This document shows positions 1 through 12,950 of a stretch of DNA of 64,000 nucleotides, one piece after another; within the stretch, counting starts at the first letter, position 1; each line of letters starts with the position of its first letter. The notes below the pieces were generated by a model. That model saw nothing but the letters and a program-made list of their open reading frames with translations, made no database searches and had not been told where the DNA came from. The translations under genes were made by a program, and so were the position numbers. The stretch spans positions 7,502,001-7,566,000 of the forward strand of contig CM022669.1 of the NCBI GenBank assembly GCA_012295275.1, in the 5' to 3' direction. This DNA is from Chrysomallon squamiferum (lineage: Eukaryota > Animalia > Mollusca).

Positions 1-1467
1 CATCGGACACGACGTAATTATACTGAGGGCCGCGTTTGAGCTCACCGTTTTCTGCTAGACAAAATAACATACAAACGCTTGACTTGTAAAACACAAATAG
101 CTTGTGCCAATCCTTAAAATACAGAGCTGCATTTACTTCTAAACGATCGCTAGGTTTGCACGTAATCTGAAATAAAAAATTTGACTGATCACTTATGGAA
201 TAAAATACACAGTATCCAATAAAAACAATAACAACAGGAATTTTAATTAATTTGAAAACATCTTGTTATTTTTGGTTATTACAAATAATGAAACGAGTAA
301 GTTTCTAAATCGCTTAACTATTAAAGTAAAAAACTGTATTCATGGTATAAAAATAAATGTCGTTAAAAATACTTTAAAATGAAAAAGATAATATATCTTT
401 TGCAAAAATTCCAGACATGAAAAATTTAAGAATCAGTTGATGCTATCGGTCAGTCTAATTTTATGTATCTGTTATTCATTTGTTTAAAGTGCAGGTATAC
501 ATCTAAAAAATGGAAGATAATTAGAACAATTATTCTTTGTTTGCAGATAAAAGTTTAATATGAAAACAAAGGGATTACAGATAAAAGTTTAATATGAAAA
601 CAAACAGTACACACACACACACACACACACACACGTGTGTTGTATAAAACAAGGATCAACACTTTATTATTGTAAAATGTTAATGATTGTGCTGAATTTA
701 TTAATAATCTAGACTGTCATCTTTCAAAAGACAATGTCAATATAGATATAGATATAGATATAGATATATGAAATCTTAATTAGAACAATATGTAGACAAA
801 ATCCCAAACAAAGCAACAAAAGAAATGTTTCCTAGATCATTCCTGCACTGTTCCAAATGTTATTATTTAGTTCATGCATACTTGTTGCTGCAGTGAAATA
901 TTTTAATCTATTGTCCGCGTATATTAGGAAAATGAATTAAGAAAAAAATTCGTTTCTGATAATCAACATGAAATGCCTAAAGAAATAACAAACGGGCTTT
1001 CTTCTTCAACAAAATTATATTATAATAAATAAATAAATAAATAAATAAACAAATATACAAAACTAACAAACAAACAAAACAAAACAGAACCAAGAATTTA
1101 CAGATGTTATCATGAAATATAAACATGTAATAAGACTTAGAATCTCACCTTTTCATAGTAGTAGCTATGTGCTGAAGGAACCATCTTTCTCGAGTCTGTG
1201 TAACTGGAAAACGTGTGACACGTGAGTTTACCGTTTACACGTGACACTTGGAAAGAACTGCACGAAGACAGATCAGAACAAAGTCTCGAGCACTGAAGAC
1301 GAGACAGTGAACCTTGGAAAGTGCCTCCAACACGTCCGTGATTGACCGGTCCATATTTGAATGTACCAGTGGGTTCTTTGCTGTTCTTCACAAACAATTC
1401 CAGTAAAACAGAAAATGAATATTAGAAATGAATTAAGTCCTGATGATGAGGAGTAAGGTGATCTCAT
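1..1467 (-). pseudogene. PAN/apple + hemopexin-like protein copy D, partial at window edge, +1 frameshift in exon 1 (pseudogene or assembly error)
   Basis: Exon 1 at 1467-1149 is 319 nt versus 318 in B and C. The extra base is at 1356-1359 (TAC ATT CAA ATA TGG versus TAC ATT CAA TAT GGA in A) and gives a stop at 1275-1273. Exon 2 starts at 166 (ITCKPSDRLEVNAALYFKDWHKLFVFYKSS...) and is open to the window edge. Confidence 0.7.
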
Positions 1468-1669
1468 TGTGGTCTTCACTCTGACTGCGATCTGATCACG
1501 TTTTGCCTCTCCTGATTCTCGGTTCTTTCTGGCATATTTGTATTCAGTGTCTACATTAATAGTGTATTTTATACTATTGCGATTGGTCGATAAACAACGC
1601 CTGTAACGGCTATTTCAGCTAGTCCCTTTTCTTACTGGTTCTGCGTATGCAACTGTAAAATATTTCCCT

Positions 1670-1704
<35 letters not shown>

Positions 1705-1792
1705 CGATCCTATGAACATATCCAAATGCGTGAGTAAATTTATTTTAGGGGCAGAGATGGTTAAAGATTTGCGTAATATTAACGTTTAATAT

Positions 1793-1832
<40 letters not shown>

Positions 1833-4488
1833 TTTTTTTCTTTATTTGTATTGTTTTTTTTTTTTTTTTTTTTTTTTTGGGGGTCTTATTTATTTAGATC
1901 ATTAATTGATTAATGTTGTAATATACGTCATTATAAAGAAATTAAATTTCCATCAAACTAAATTTATTACGAAGTAATGATAATCACGACACAGATTCAA
2001 ATGTCATTCATGTACAAACATCTGTGTACATCACAGTTCTTACTTCTTGGAAGGAAATGTCATATATATCTAGATTCATAGACCAACAAATAATAATCTG
2101 TACCACATTATGATTATAAAATAAAAGAGTAAAGACAATTTTATGTTATAAAAATTATTGTATTTTTTACCTTTGGGTCAATCTTTATCGAATTTTTTTT
2201 ATTTAATAATAACAATAATAAAAATATTTTAAAGAAAGTTCATTATATTGTCGTAAAGCTTTAAATAGCAAGCCAGCTGATCTATATTTAGCATTACCTT
2301 TTTGTGCTCGGATGATTTTGTGAAGCTGTTTTTCGCCTGGAAAGTTAGGACTTGTTCTAGAAGAGCAAAAGGATAATTATAAAAAAATAAAAATAAAAAA
2401 AAGAAGCAGTGGAGAAATATGTGTACCAAGTCAATAAAAGAGTTTTATTTCGCAAATTCAATAAATAAATAAATAAATAAAAATAACAGGCAGAACGATT
2501 GAGTTAGTGCTGGATGTTGAGCACGTCAAAAGGAAACTAGCTCTGGCATGGACGTTGTGAGTGATGGCGTAAAGAGAGAAGGAAAAATGAATGTTTAACG
2601 TCACCCGAGCACGAAGAACATATCGGCTGTTGTGTGTCAAACGAAGATAAATATACCAAAATGGTGATTACTTTTTATATATAAATTCAGCATTAATTAA
2701 AGCGCAGTGAAAAGAACTAGCTAAAATTTTAAATTAAGGTTTATGGAAAAAATTCTGTAACTCTCAAACCTTTTAAAACATTTTCAGGATCGAATCGAAA
2801 TGATTCCTTAACAATTTATTTGAACAGATGTATATTTTCGAATCTACCTAAGATGATTTCACTTCATCGAAATATGTGCGCATTGTCAGAGTACACTGAT
2901 GTTTGACGATTCTTCTTCAGAATAAATGAATGGGTCAAACACGTATGACCGATGCGAGCACGACACAAGACTATCTTATCTTTCCAATCATCTTGTAAAT
3001 GGAAAAAAAAAAAAAACATACTGGTGAATTTGACTATCTTATCTTTCCAGCACTTCTTTTAGGAGGACAGCCAATCTTCCAGCACTGACTTGAAAAAACG
3101 AAGTTTGTTCGCGTCCACATCGTTCGTTGATCTGTATATTTATGAACATTTAAAGATAAAAGTACAATAAATGCATTCTCCAAAATAGAAAAGTTTCTCA
3201 TTTCGCTATTTTACTTTTCTGCCTTTGTTTCAAAATTCTGAAAGTCAATAAATTCTAAAACGGGTAATCGATTCTGTACTTTTTTAATTGCAAAAACAAT
3301 GAACAAATGACAAATATTATAATATTCCATTCTAATTTTTAGTAACAACAACAAAATAAATAAATAAATAAATAATTGAGTAAATTAATAAACTGAACAT
3401 AATGTTTAAATAGTTTCACTCGTTGTATGGTGGACTATTAATTAGTTATAGCAGCTCTGCATGAAAATGTGTTAGATTACAAAATTTATTATAAATTAAA
3501 CAAAGGTACAATGTTGGATTTTATTAATTAAAGAAAGATTTAATATTGCAAGCCAATATTTTCATTTGATTTATAGGCATTTGCGAACATAAAAAGATAC
3601 ATTTCTTTTGAACAAAGCTCCAAATAATCCAAATTGAACTTATAGCCAGGGGAGGTAAAAGTGCTGGTTTACGAAATAAAAAATTCATTAAAAAGCAATT
3701 GTAAAAACTGTCTTAAAGGATTCTTCATGGGAAAAATGTCAAAATAAATCAAAGATTAAATAACCCTAATAGTGGAAAAAGAAAAATATTTTTTCTTCTT
3801 CTTTTTTTATGTTCTTCGCACAACAACAAACGTGCTTTTAACATTACAAAAGAGTCTTTACTGGATAATAATTCAGCTGACTGAACAAGTGCAATAATAA
3901 TAACAAATGATTTAATTATTTCGATAGTAAATTTGGCTTGCTTAATTACTATAGTATTATAGCTACCAGAATATATTTAAAGTCTACTTTTTAATGTCTA
4001 ATATACGTAGTTTAAAGAGAACTTTTACACTAACTTTCTTAATTAATAAAGAAAAATAACAACAAACTAGCAGAGCATAGACATTTTTCTCTTGTGAAAG
4101 AATTGAACTATAATGTCTTCTAATGTTATCAGAACACAAACAAAGAAGTAGTCTAACATTGACACACATGCTTGAAAGACTATTTTTACGCTTACTGTCT
4201 TAATTAATAAAGTAATATGACATGCCAGCCTGTTTCTCGCTTATCAGATCAATTGGCTTTGTCTTTTTAATCACCACTGTACAGGTTTACATTGTGATGT
4301 TCATTTTAAATCAAGGGAAGTAAGTACACTTTTCGAATTGACAAGCGAAAATTGACTTGTGACAATTCTATGCCACTTTATTGTCATTATTAGCTGAAAA
4401 CAGTTAAATTAGTAACTGAGAAATACAGAGAATTTTATTAAACGTTTTATTCATAACGCTGCAGCTAGGAAAAATATTTGTCAGCAGT

Positions 4489-5004
4489 CTATACGCACCA
4501 GTACTTAATTGGAAAACTCCGGTAACGTGGTTTTGAAACATAGTAGTACATCTTGGAGTTTTCGAACATAAGATACGACGAATGGCCAAACATCGTCACA
4601 GCAGTAACTCCAAATGGTGCCTGGGACCATCGCACTTCGTGTTCCGTCAATGGTTTACTTCCAGTTACGAAATATCTCGCCTCCGTTTTGTTGTAGGTGA
4701 GAACGTATACAACGTCGTTTCTGAACACGTTTAATTCTCGAAGGGTGTCGTCAACGTGTGTAATGTCGTCGAGATCGGAAAAGCCAGAGTAGCTGAAGTA
4801 GTCTTGGATTATATTTGTTGGACACGACACAGGCGTAAATGTTTCAGAATCTCGACTGAAACATGTCACAGAGCTTCCTAAAAGTAAAAACAAATATTTC
4901 CAACATTAACATCATCAACTTTTTCATCATCACCATCATTACTGTTGTCTGTTGTTGTTATTATTAATCTTTTTCTTGTCACATTTGTCTTGATTGTGCA
5001 AATT

Positions 5005-5055
<51 letters not shown>

Positions 5056-7119
5056 TTTTATTTTATTTTATTTTTTTATTTTTTGGGGGTATCGTTTTTT
5101 GTTTGTGATGTTTTTTGTTTGTTTTGTTTTTTAAATATATTTTTTTCAGTAATAAATAAAATGATTTGCGTAATTTATTAATAAATATTACATATTTGAT
5201 TACCTGAAATGAGCATTATATTATTTCCATAATAACGAGTGGCGCCATCTACGACAGTGGAAACGCCTGGGAACATATCGGACACGACGTAATTATACTG
5301 ATGGCCGCGTTTGAGCACAGTGTTTTCTTCTGTATAAAATAACTTACAAACGCTTGACTTGTAAAACACAAACAGCTTCTGCCAAACATTAAAATACAGA
5401 GCAGCGGTTGCTTCTAAAAGATCGCTAGGTTTGCACTTTATCTGAAATAAAAAATTAAAATTTTGAATGTGATTTGACTGATCATTTATGGAATAAAATA
5501 CACAGAGTGTATCAAAAAATCCAATAAAAACAACAACAGAAATTTTAATTAATTTGAAAACATCTTGTTATTTTTGGCTATTACAAATAATGAAACGAGT
5601 AAGTTTGTAAATCGCTTAACTATTAAAGTAAAAAACTGTATTCATGGCATAAAAATAAATGAAAGAAATATTCAGATAAATGTCATTAAAAATACTTTAA
5701 AATGGAAATTTGAAAAAGAAAATACAGTGGTACCTCGACTTATGAGTTTAATTCGTTCCGTGGTCGAGCTGGTCACTGAATTTGCTCGTATATCAAGTCA
5801 GTTTTCCCAGCTGAATTAAATTGAAGTACCATTAATTCGTTCCAGCTCACAAAAGTACCCCATGTTTTTGTAACGTGTTTTTAAATAAGAAAAATGTATT
5901 TATAAATGACAAATATTGTATAAAATAAAATAAAAGCGAATGTAAAGAAATAAATTGGTTTTGTAAAATGTTTTTATCTTGGAGATCAGACAAATTATTT
6001 TAAAGCCTTTGGCTAGAGTTACAGCCTTTATCGACTCCTTCTGCTTCAGTATGGTACTACGTTCGTACTGCCTAGCCAAGTGGACTTCATGCTCAAGTTA
6101 TTCTATGTTTTCGTGCTTTAATTCAATGTACACAATCCGCTACTTGTTCTCAGCACTGTCCTTTGCACTCACGTTCTTACGATCCATGGTCAGAAAAAAG
6201 AAATTTGGCAAAATACTGGACAAAAACGCGAACACAACTCAGCAGAGATGCTGCCACGGCCAGGTAACCCACGTGAAGTGAACGAGTGAAACGCGGGATG
6301 CTGACCAGATGTTTTGAAGTTCGTTGCGTCAACTAGCGAAGACATATCTGATGCTCGCTCGTATCTCGGATTTTTGCTCGCAAGTCAAAGCATCGAAAAT
6401 ATCGTAAGTTAGGGCACTCGTAAGTCGAGGTACCACTCTATATCTTTGGCAGAAACTGCAGACACGAAAAATTCAAGAATCAGTTGATGCCATCGCTCAG
6501 TCTAATTTTTATTTATTTCTTATGTATGCTTACATATGTGTATGTATGTATATAAATATATTTATATATTCATATGTACATATACTTGTATGTATATATT
6601 TGTACGTATATGTATGTGTATGTCTGCAGGTCAGAGCATGTTTGAACAAAAAAATTACATAAAAATTGAATAAATAAATAAATATATAAATAAATAAACC
6701 AATATACAAAACTAACAAACAAGCAAACAAAACAAAACACAACCAAGTATTTACAGCTCTTATCATGAAATATAAACATGTAATAAGACTTAGAATCTCA
6801 CCTTTTCATAGTAGTAGCTATCTGCTGAAGGAACCATCTGTCTCGAGTATGTGTATCTGGAAAACGTGTGACACGTGAGTTTACCGTTTACACGTGACAC
6901 TTGGAAAGAATTGCACGAAGGCAGATCAGAACAAAGTCTCGAGCACTGAAGACGAGACAGAGAACCTTGGAAAGTGCCTCCAACACGTCCATGATTCACC
7001 GGTCCATATTTAATGTACCAGTGGGTTCTTTGCTGTTCTTCACAAACAATTCCAGTAAAACACAAAATGAATATGAGAAGTGAATTAAGCCCTGATGAGG
7101 AGGAGTAAGGTGATCTCAT
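4489..7119 (-). CDS. Secreted PAN/apple + hemopexin-like domain protein, copy C (3 exons, 314 aa)
   Basis: Exons 7119-6802, 5441-5204 and 4877-4489 (ends YWCV*). GT-AG sites, open frame. Intron 1 is enlarged by a transposon insertion. Confidence 0.85.
5725..6438 (-). mobile_element. Non-autonomous Tigger/pogo-type (Tc1/mariner superfamily) DNA transposon, 714 bp, in intron 1 of copy C
   Basis: ~23-bp TIRs CAGTGGTACCTCGACTTATGAGT / ACTCGTAAGTCGAGGTACCACTC (2 mismatches), flanked by TA on both sides. The element is absent from the paralogous intron of copy D (~390). An internal decayed minus-strand frame from 6187 (MDRKNVSAKDSAENK*RIVYIELKHENIE*...LARQYERSTILKQKESIKAVTLAKG) resembles the N-terminal CENP-B/psq HTH of Tigger transposases. 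Confidence 0.88.
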
Positions 7120-8379
7120 TGTGGTCTTCACTCTGACTACGATCTGATCACGTTATGCCTCTCCTGATTCTCTACTCTTTCTGGCATATTTGTATTCTGT
7201 GTCTACATTAACAGAATATTTTATACTGTTGCGATTGGTCGATAAACAACGCTTTGTAACAGCTATCTCAGCTAGTGCCGTTTTTTTCGTAAGCCATTGT
7301 AAAATACTTCCTCTTTTTTTAAATGTTTCTTTTAGAAACTATAATATTGGATTTTATGAGTTAAAGAAAGATTTAATATTACATTTTATGTATTAAAGAA
7401 AGATTTAATATTGCAATCCAATATTTTCATTTGATTTATATGCATTTACGAACACATAAAGAAAAATGTCTCTTGAACAAAGCTCTTTATAATCGAAGAT
7501 ATTTGCCTAAGAACAATTCCAAATAATCAGTATTGACACTTATAGCCAGGTGAGGTAACAGCAAGAACAATAAAACAGCGCTGGTTTACGAAAAGTGTTT
7601 TATTAAAATTCAGTCGTATAAGTATCCCGTGGTTGTTTGGATAATGACCAAACCAGTGACGTGATCAGTTTGACTGCACCAAATAACAATCTATACAGAA
7701 TTATTTCTAAGTTTGTTTCTTTGAATAGTAATAAGAAAATAAAAAAACTTTTGAACGAACTTCATAGGAAAAATATCAAAATAAATCAAAGATTAAATAA
7801 CCCTAATAGTGGTAAACGAAAAGTATGTTTTTCTTCTTCTTTTTTTATGTTCTTCGCACAACAACAAAGCTGCTTTTAACATTAAAAAGAGTCTTTACCA
7901 GTGAATAATTCAGCTGAATGAACAAGTGTAATAATAATAACAACAAATGATCTAATCATCTGGATAGTAATTTTGTCTTTCTTAATTACTACACTACTGT
8001 CGCTACCAGAAAACATTTAAAGTATACCTTTTGATGTCTAATATACGTAGTTTAAAGACTACATTTTCACGTACTACCTTGATTAATAAAGAAATGTAAC
8101 AACAAACTAGGAGAGCATAAACGTTTGTCTCGTCAAAAGAATTGATCTAAAATGTGTTCTGATATTATTAGCACTCATGCAGTCACCAGTCAGTGTGTCA
8201 TGTATGTGATGACTTACCAATTCAGCTGTTTTGTAGCAGTGTTATTTTATTGTCATACATAGCCAGAGTAAACAGCTAAAAATAGTTAAAACAGTAAATT
8301 GCACATATAAACAATTTTATTAGACCATTTATTCGTGACGTTACAACAACTACATTTAAGAAAAAGGTATGTCAACAGT

Positions 8380-9749
8380 CTATTTACACCAGTACCTATG
8401 TGAGTAAACCCTGTAATTGCGTTTTGGAATGTAGTGGTGGAGCTTAGAGTTTTCGAATATGATGAAAGTGGAGTTGCCCAGGAGCGTCACGCCAGTAACT
8501 CCAAATGGAGCTCCGGACCATAGCAGATCTTCTTCCGTCAATGGTTTACTTCCAGTTACGAAATATCTCGCCTCGGTTTCGTTGTAGGTGAGAACGTATA
8601 CAACGTCGTTTTTGAAAACGTTTAATTCTCGAAGGGTGTCGTCAACGTGTGTAATGCCGTCGAGATCGGAAAAGCCAGTGTAGCTGAAGTAGTCTTGGAT
8701 TATATTTGTTGGACAGGCCACAGGCGTAAATGTTCCTGAATCTCGACTAAAACATGTCACAGAGCTTCCTAAAAAAAAAAAAAAAAAACAATTCATCATT
8801 ATCATCATCATCAACATGTTGATGATGTTGTTGTTTGTTTGTTTGTTTGTTTTTGTTGTTGTTCTTGTTGTTTTTTTCTAGGATTGTTTATATGTTCGTG
8901 TAATTTATTAATTTATTAATTACCTGAAATCAGCATTACGTTATTTCCATAATACTGAGTGGCGCCGTCTTCGACCGTGCTAACGCCTGAGAAAATATCT
9001 GGCATGTCGTAACTGTAGTGAATGCCGCCATGGAGAATATAGTTTAGTTCGTAATACATTAACCTATAAAGCGTTGTCCTGCTAAACACATACAGCCTCT
9101 GCCAGTCCTTAAAATACAGAGCTGCGGTTACTTTTACAACATCGCTAGGTCTGCACTTTAGCTGAAATAGAAAATGGAATATGAATGTGTATATATATAA
9201 TTTAAATTTAAAAAAAAATAAAAAAGGAAGAAACTAAATAGAAAGGATATAATATAAATGAAATTACTAGTTCTTGAAAATTCAAATCCCTTTTGATCTC
9301 TCTTCTTCTGTTCACTAGTATTCTACTTCACTGTATTATTGTTATCATCATCATTATGTTATTTATATGTGTGTGTACCTATAAAACTGTTATCATGAAA
9401 AGTAAAAATGTAATTAGTCTTTCAATCTCACCTCTTCGTAGTAGTATGTATCTGCTGAAGGAATCATTACTCTCTCATGTGTGTATTTGAAAAACGTGTG
9501 ACACGTGGGTTTACCGTTTTCATGTGAGACTTGGAAAGAATAACAGTAAGGCAGATCAGAACAAAGTCTGGAACACTGAAGACGAGACAGAGAACCTTGG
9601 AAAGTGCCTCCAACACGTCCATGATTGACCGGTCCATATTTAATGTACCAGCTGGTTATTTGCTGTTCTTCACAAACAATTCCAGTAAAACAGAAAATGA
9701 ATATGAGAAATGAATTGAGTCCTGATGATGAGGAGTAAGGTGATCTCAT
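8380..9749 (-). CDS. Secreted PAN/apple + hemopexin-like domain protein, copy B (3 exons, 314 aa)
   Basis: Exons 9749-9432 (318 nt), 9161-8924 (238 nt; LKCRPSDVVKVTAALYFKDWQRLYVFSRTT..., missed by the ORF track) and 8768-8380 (389 nt). Splice sites are at identical positions to the other copies and the frame is open. Confidence 0.85.
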
Positions 9750-10047
9750 TGTGGTCTTCACTCTGACTAAGATCTGATCAGTTATGCCTCTCCTGATTCT
9801 CTGCTCTTTTTGGCATATTTATATTTAGTGTCTACATTAACAGTGTATTTTATACTATTGCGATTGGTCGATAAGCAACGCCTATAACGGCTATTTCAGC
9901 CAGTGCCGTTTTTACTGGTTCTGCGTAAGCCATTGTAAAATATTTCCCATTATTTTTCAATACTATGAACATATCCAAATACTTGAGTAAATTTATTTTT
10001 CCGGCGGAGATAATTAATTCTTTTATATGTTTTTTATATTTTTATTA

Positions 10048-10087
<40 letters not shown>

Positions 10088-11859
10088 TTGCTTATTTATT
10101 TAGATCATTAATTGATTAATGCAATGATTACTCGTCATTATAAAGAAATTAAATTTCCATCAGATTTGATTTATTACGAAGTAATGAGAATCACGACACA
10201 GATTCAAATGTCATTCATGTACAAACATCTGTGTACATCACAGTTCTTACTTCTTGGAAGGAAATGTCATATATCTATGTTCATAGGACCAACAAATAAT
10301 AATAATAATAATAATAAAAATAATAATTTAGAAAACTGAAAGACGAAAAGTAGTTCTGCATATTGGGATGTCTAAAGTCAACGGCAAATCGTTGAACATT
10401 CATTCATTCGCTGCACTGCTTGAAATGAAATGAAAAAATTAATAATGTATACCATAATGAAAAATAAAGGAGTAAAGACAATTTTATATGGTATAAACAT
10501 TTCTGTAATTTTTACCTATTGTTTCAGTCTTTACAGAAAAAAATAAAATAAAACAAAATATTTTAATGAAAGTTCATTATAATGTCGAAAACATTTAAAA
10601 AGCATGACAGCTGATCAATATTTGACATTACTTTTTTGTGTTCGGATGATTTTGAGAAGCTGTTTTTCTCATGGAAAGTTAAGACTTCGTCTAGAAGAGC
10701 AAAAGGATCATCATAAAAATGAAGCAGTGAAAAAATATGTGTACTAAGTCAATAAAATACTTTTATTTCGGAAATTAACTGGAGAAACAATTGCTTTAGT
10801 GCTGGATGTTGAGCACGTCAAAACTAGTGCTAGCATGGACGTTGTGAGTGATGGCGTAAAGAGAGAAAGAAAAATGAATGTTTAACGACACCCGAGCACG
10901 AAGAACATATCGGCTGTTGTCTGTCAAACGAAGATAAATATAACAAAGTGGTGATTACTTGATATATATAAAAATTTAGTATTAATTAAAAGACACTAAA
11001 AAAAAAAAACATCTTTAGGATCGAATCGAAATGATTCCTTCACATTTATTTAAACGAATGTATCTTTCCGAATCTGCCTAAGATGATTTCACTTCATCAA
11101 AACGTGTCGCACTGTGAGAGTACACTGATGTTTGACGATTCTTCTTCAGGATAAATGAATGGGTCAAATAAATATATCCAATTCGAGCACGACAGAAGAC
11201 TATCTTATCTTTCCAGCACTTCTTTTAGGAGGACAGCCAGTCTCCCAGCACTGACTTGACAAAACGAAGTTTGTTCGCGACCACATCGTTCCAATCATCT
11301 TGTAAATGGTAAAAAGATATACTGGTGAATTTTATGTTTAAAATCAGGGTAAGGCATACCAAGCTCAAAGGTGCATGAGTTGTGTCCGTAAAGGTCACAC
11401 GTTAACAAAAATGTACCTGTCGTTGACCTGTACATTTATAAACATTTAAAGATAAGCTATCTCCAAAATAGAAAAAAGTACAATATATGCTATCTCCAAA
11501 ATAGAAAAAAGTTTATCCATTCGCCATCTTACTTATCTCCCTTAGTTTCAAAATTCTGAAAATCAAGAAATTCTAAAACGGGTAATCGATTGTGTACTTT
11601 GTTTAATACCAAAAACAATGAACAAATGACAAATATTCTAACATTCTATTCTAATTATTATGAGGAACAACATAATAAATAAGTAAATAAATAAATACCT
11701 GAATAAATTAATAAATTTTTCTTTACGTTTAATTCACCAAAATGTTCAGTTCATTTGTTCATTGGTGCACTATTAATCAGTTATCATTAAAATGTGTTAG
11801 ATTACAAAATTTATTATAGATTAATCAAAGGTACAATAGTGGATTATAGAAATTAAAAA

Positions 11860-11970
11860 AAGATTTACATTAGATTTTGTGAATTAATGGAAGATTTAAT
11901 ATTGGATTTTATGAATGAACGAAAGATTTTATATTCGATTTTATGAATTAAAGAAAGATTGAATATTGGC
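11860..11970. repeat. 32-bp minisatellite within the array spacers (copy number differs between units)
   Basis: AAGATTTAATATTGGATTTTATGAATTAAAGA-like units, about 3-4 copies here and fewer at ~3510-3550 and ~7343-7415. Confidence 0.7.
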
Positions 11971-12950
11971 ATCCAGTATATTCATTTGATGTATATGCAT
12001 TTACGAATATATAAAGAAAAGTTTCTTTTGAACAAAGCTCTTTATAATGGAAGATATTTGCCTAAGAACAGTTTAAGATAATCAATATTGACTCTTATAC
12101 CAAGGGAGGTAACAACAAGAGCAATAAAACAGTGCTGGTTCACGAAGAATGTTTTATTAAAATTCAGTGGTATAAGTATCCCGTGGTTGTTTGGATGATG
12201 ACCAAACCAGTGACGTGATCAGTTTGACTGCACCAAATATTTGTTCATATAAATCTAAACAGAATTATTTAAAGTTTTATTTATTGAATAATAAAAAAAA
12301 AAAAATTAAAAATTAAAAAACTGTTTTGAACGAACTCAATAGGAAAAATATCAAAATAAATCAAAGATTAAATAACAGTAATAGTGGAAAAAGAAAATAA
12401 GTTTTTTTTTTCTTCTTTTTCTAAGTTCTTCGCACATCAACAAAACTGCTTTTAACATTACAAAAGAGTCTTTACCAGTGAATAATTCAGCTGAATGAAC
12501 AAGTGTAATAATAATAACAAATGATCTAATCATCTGGATAGTAAATTTGTCTGTCTTAATTACTACACTACTGTCGCTACCAGAAAATATTTAAAGTATA
12601 CCTTTTGGTGTCTAATATACGTAGTTTAAAGACTACCTTTTCACTTACTACCTTGAGTAATAAAGAAATATAACAACAAACTAGGAGAGCATAAAAGTTT
12701 GTCTCGTCAAAACAGTCGATCGAAAATTTCTTCTAATGTTATTAGAATACATACAGTCATCAGTCAGTGTGTCACGTATGTGATGACTTACCAATTCAGC
12801 TGTTTTGCAGAAGTGTTATTTTATTGTCATACACAGCCAAAGTAGACAGCTAAAAACAGTTAAAACACTAAGTTGCAAATATAAACAATTTTGTTAGACC
12901 GCTTATTCTTAACGCCAAAAGTACATTTAAGAAAAAGATATGTCAACAGT

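Noticed and set aside
5979-6281. 100-aa + strand ORF
   Set aside because: It is the antisense shadow of the decayed Tigger transposase remnant.
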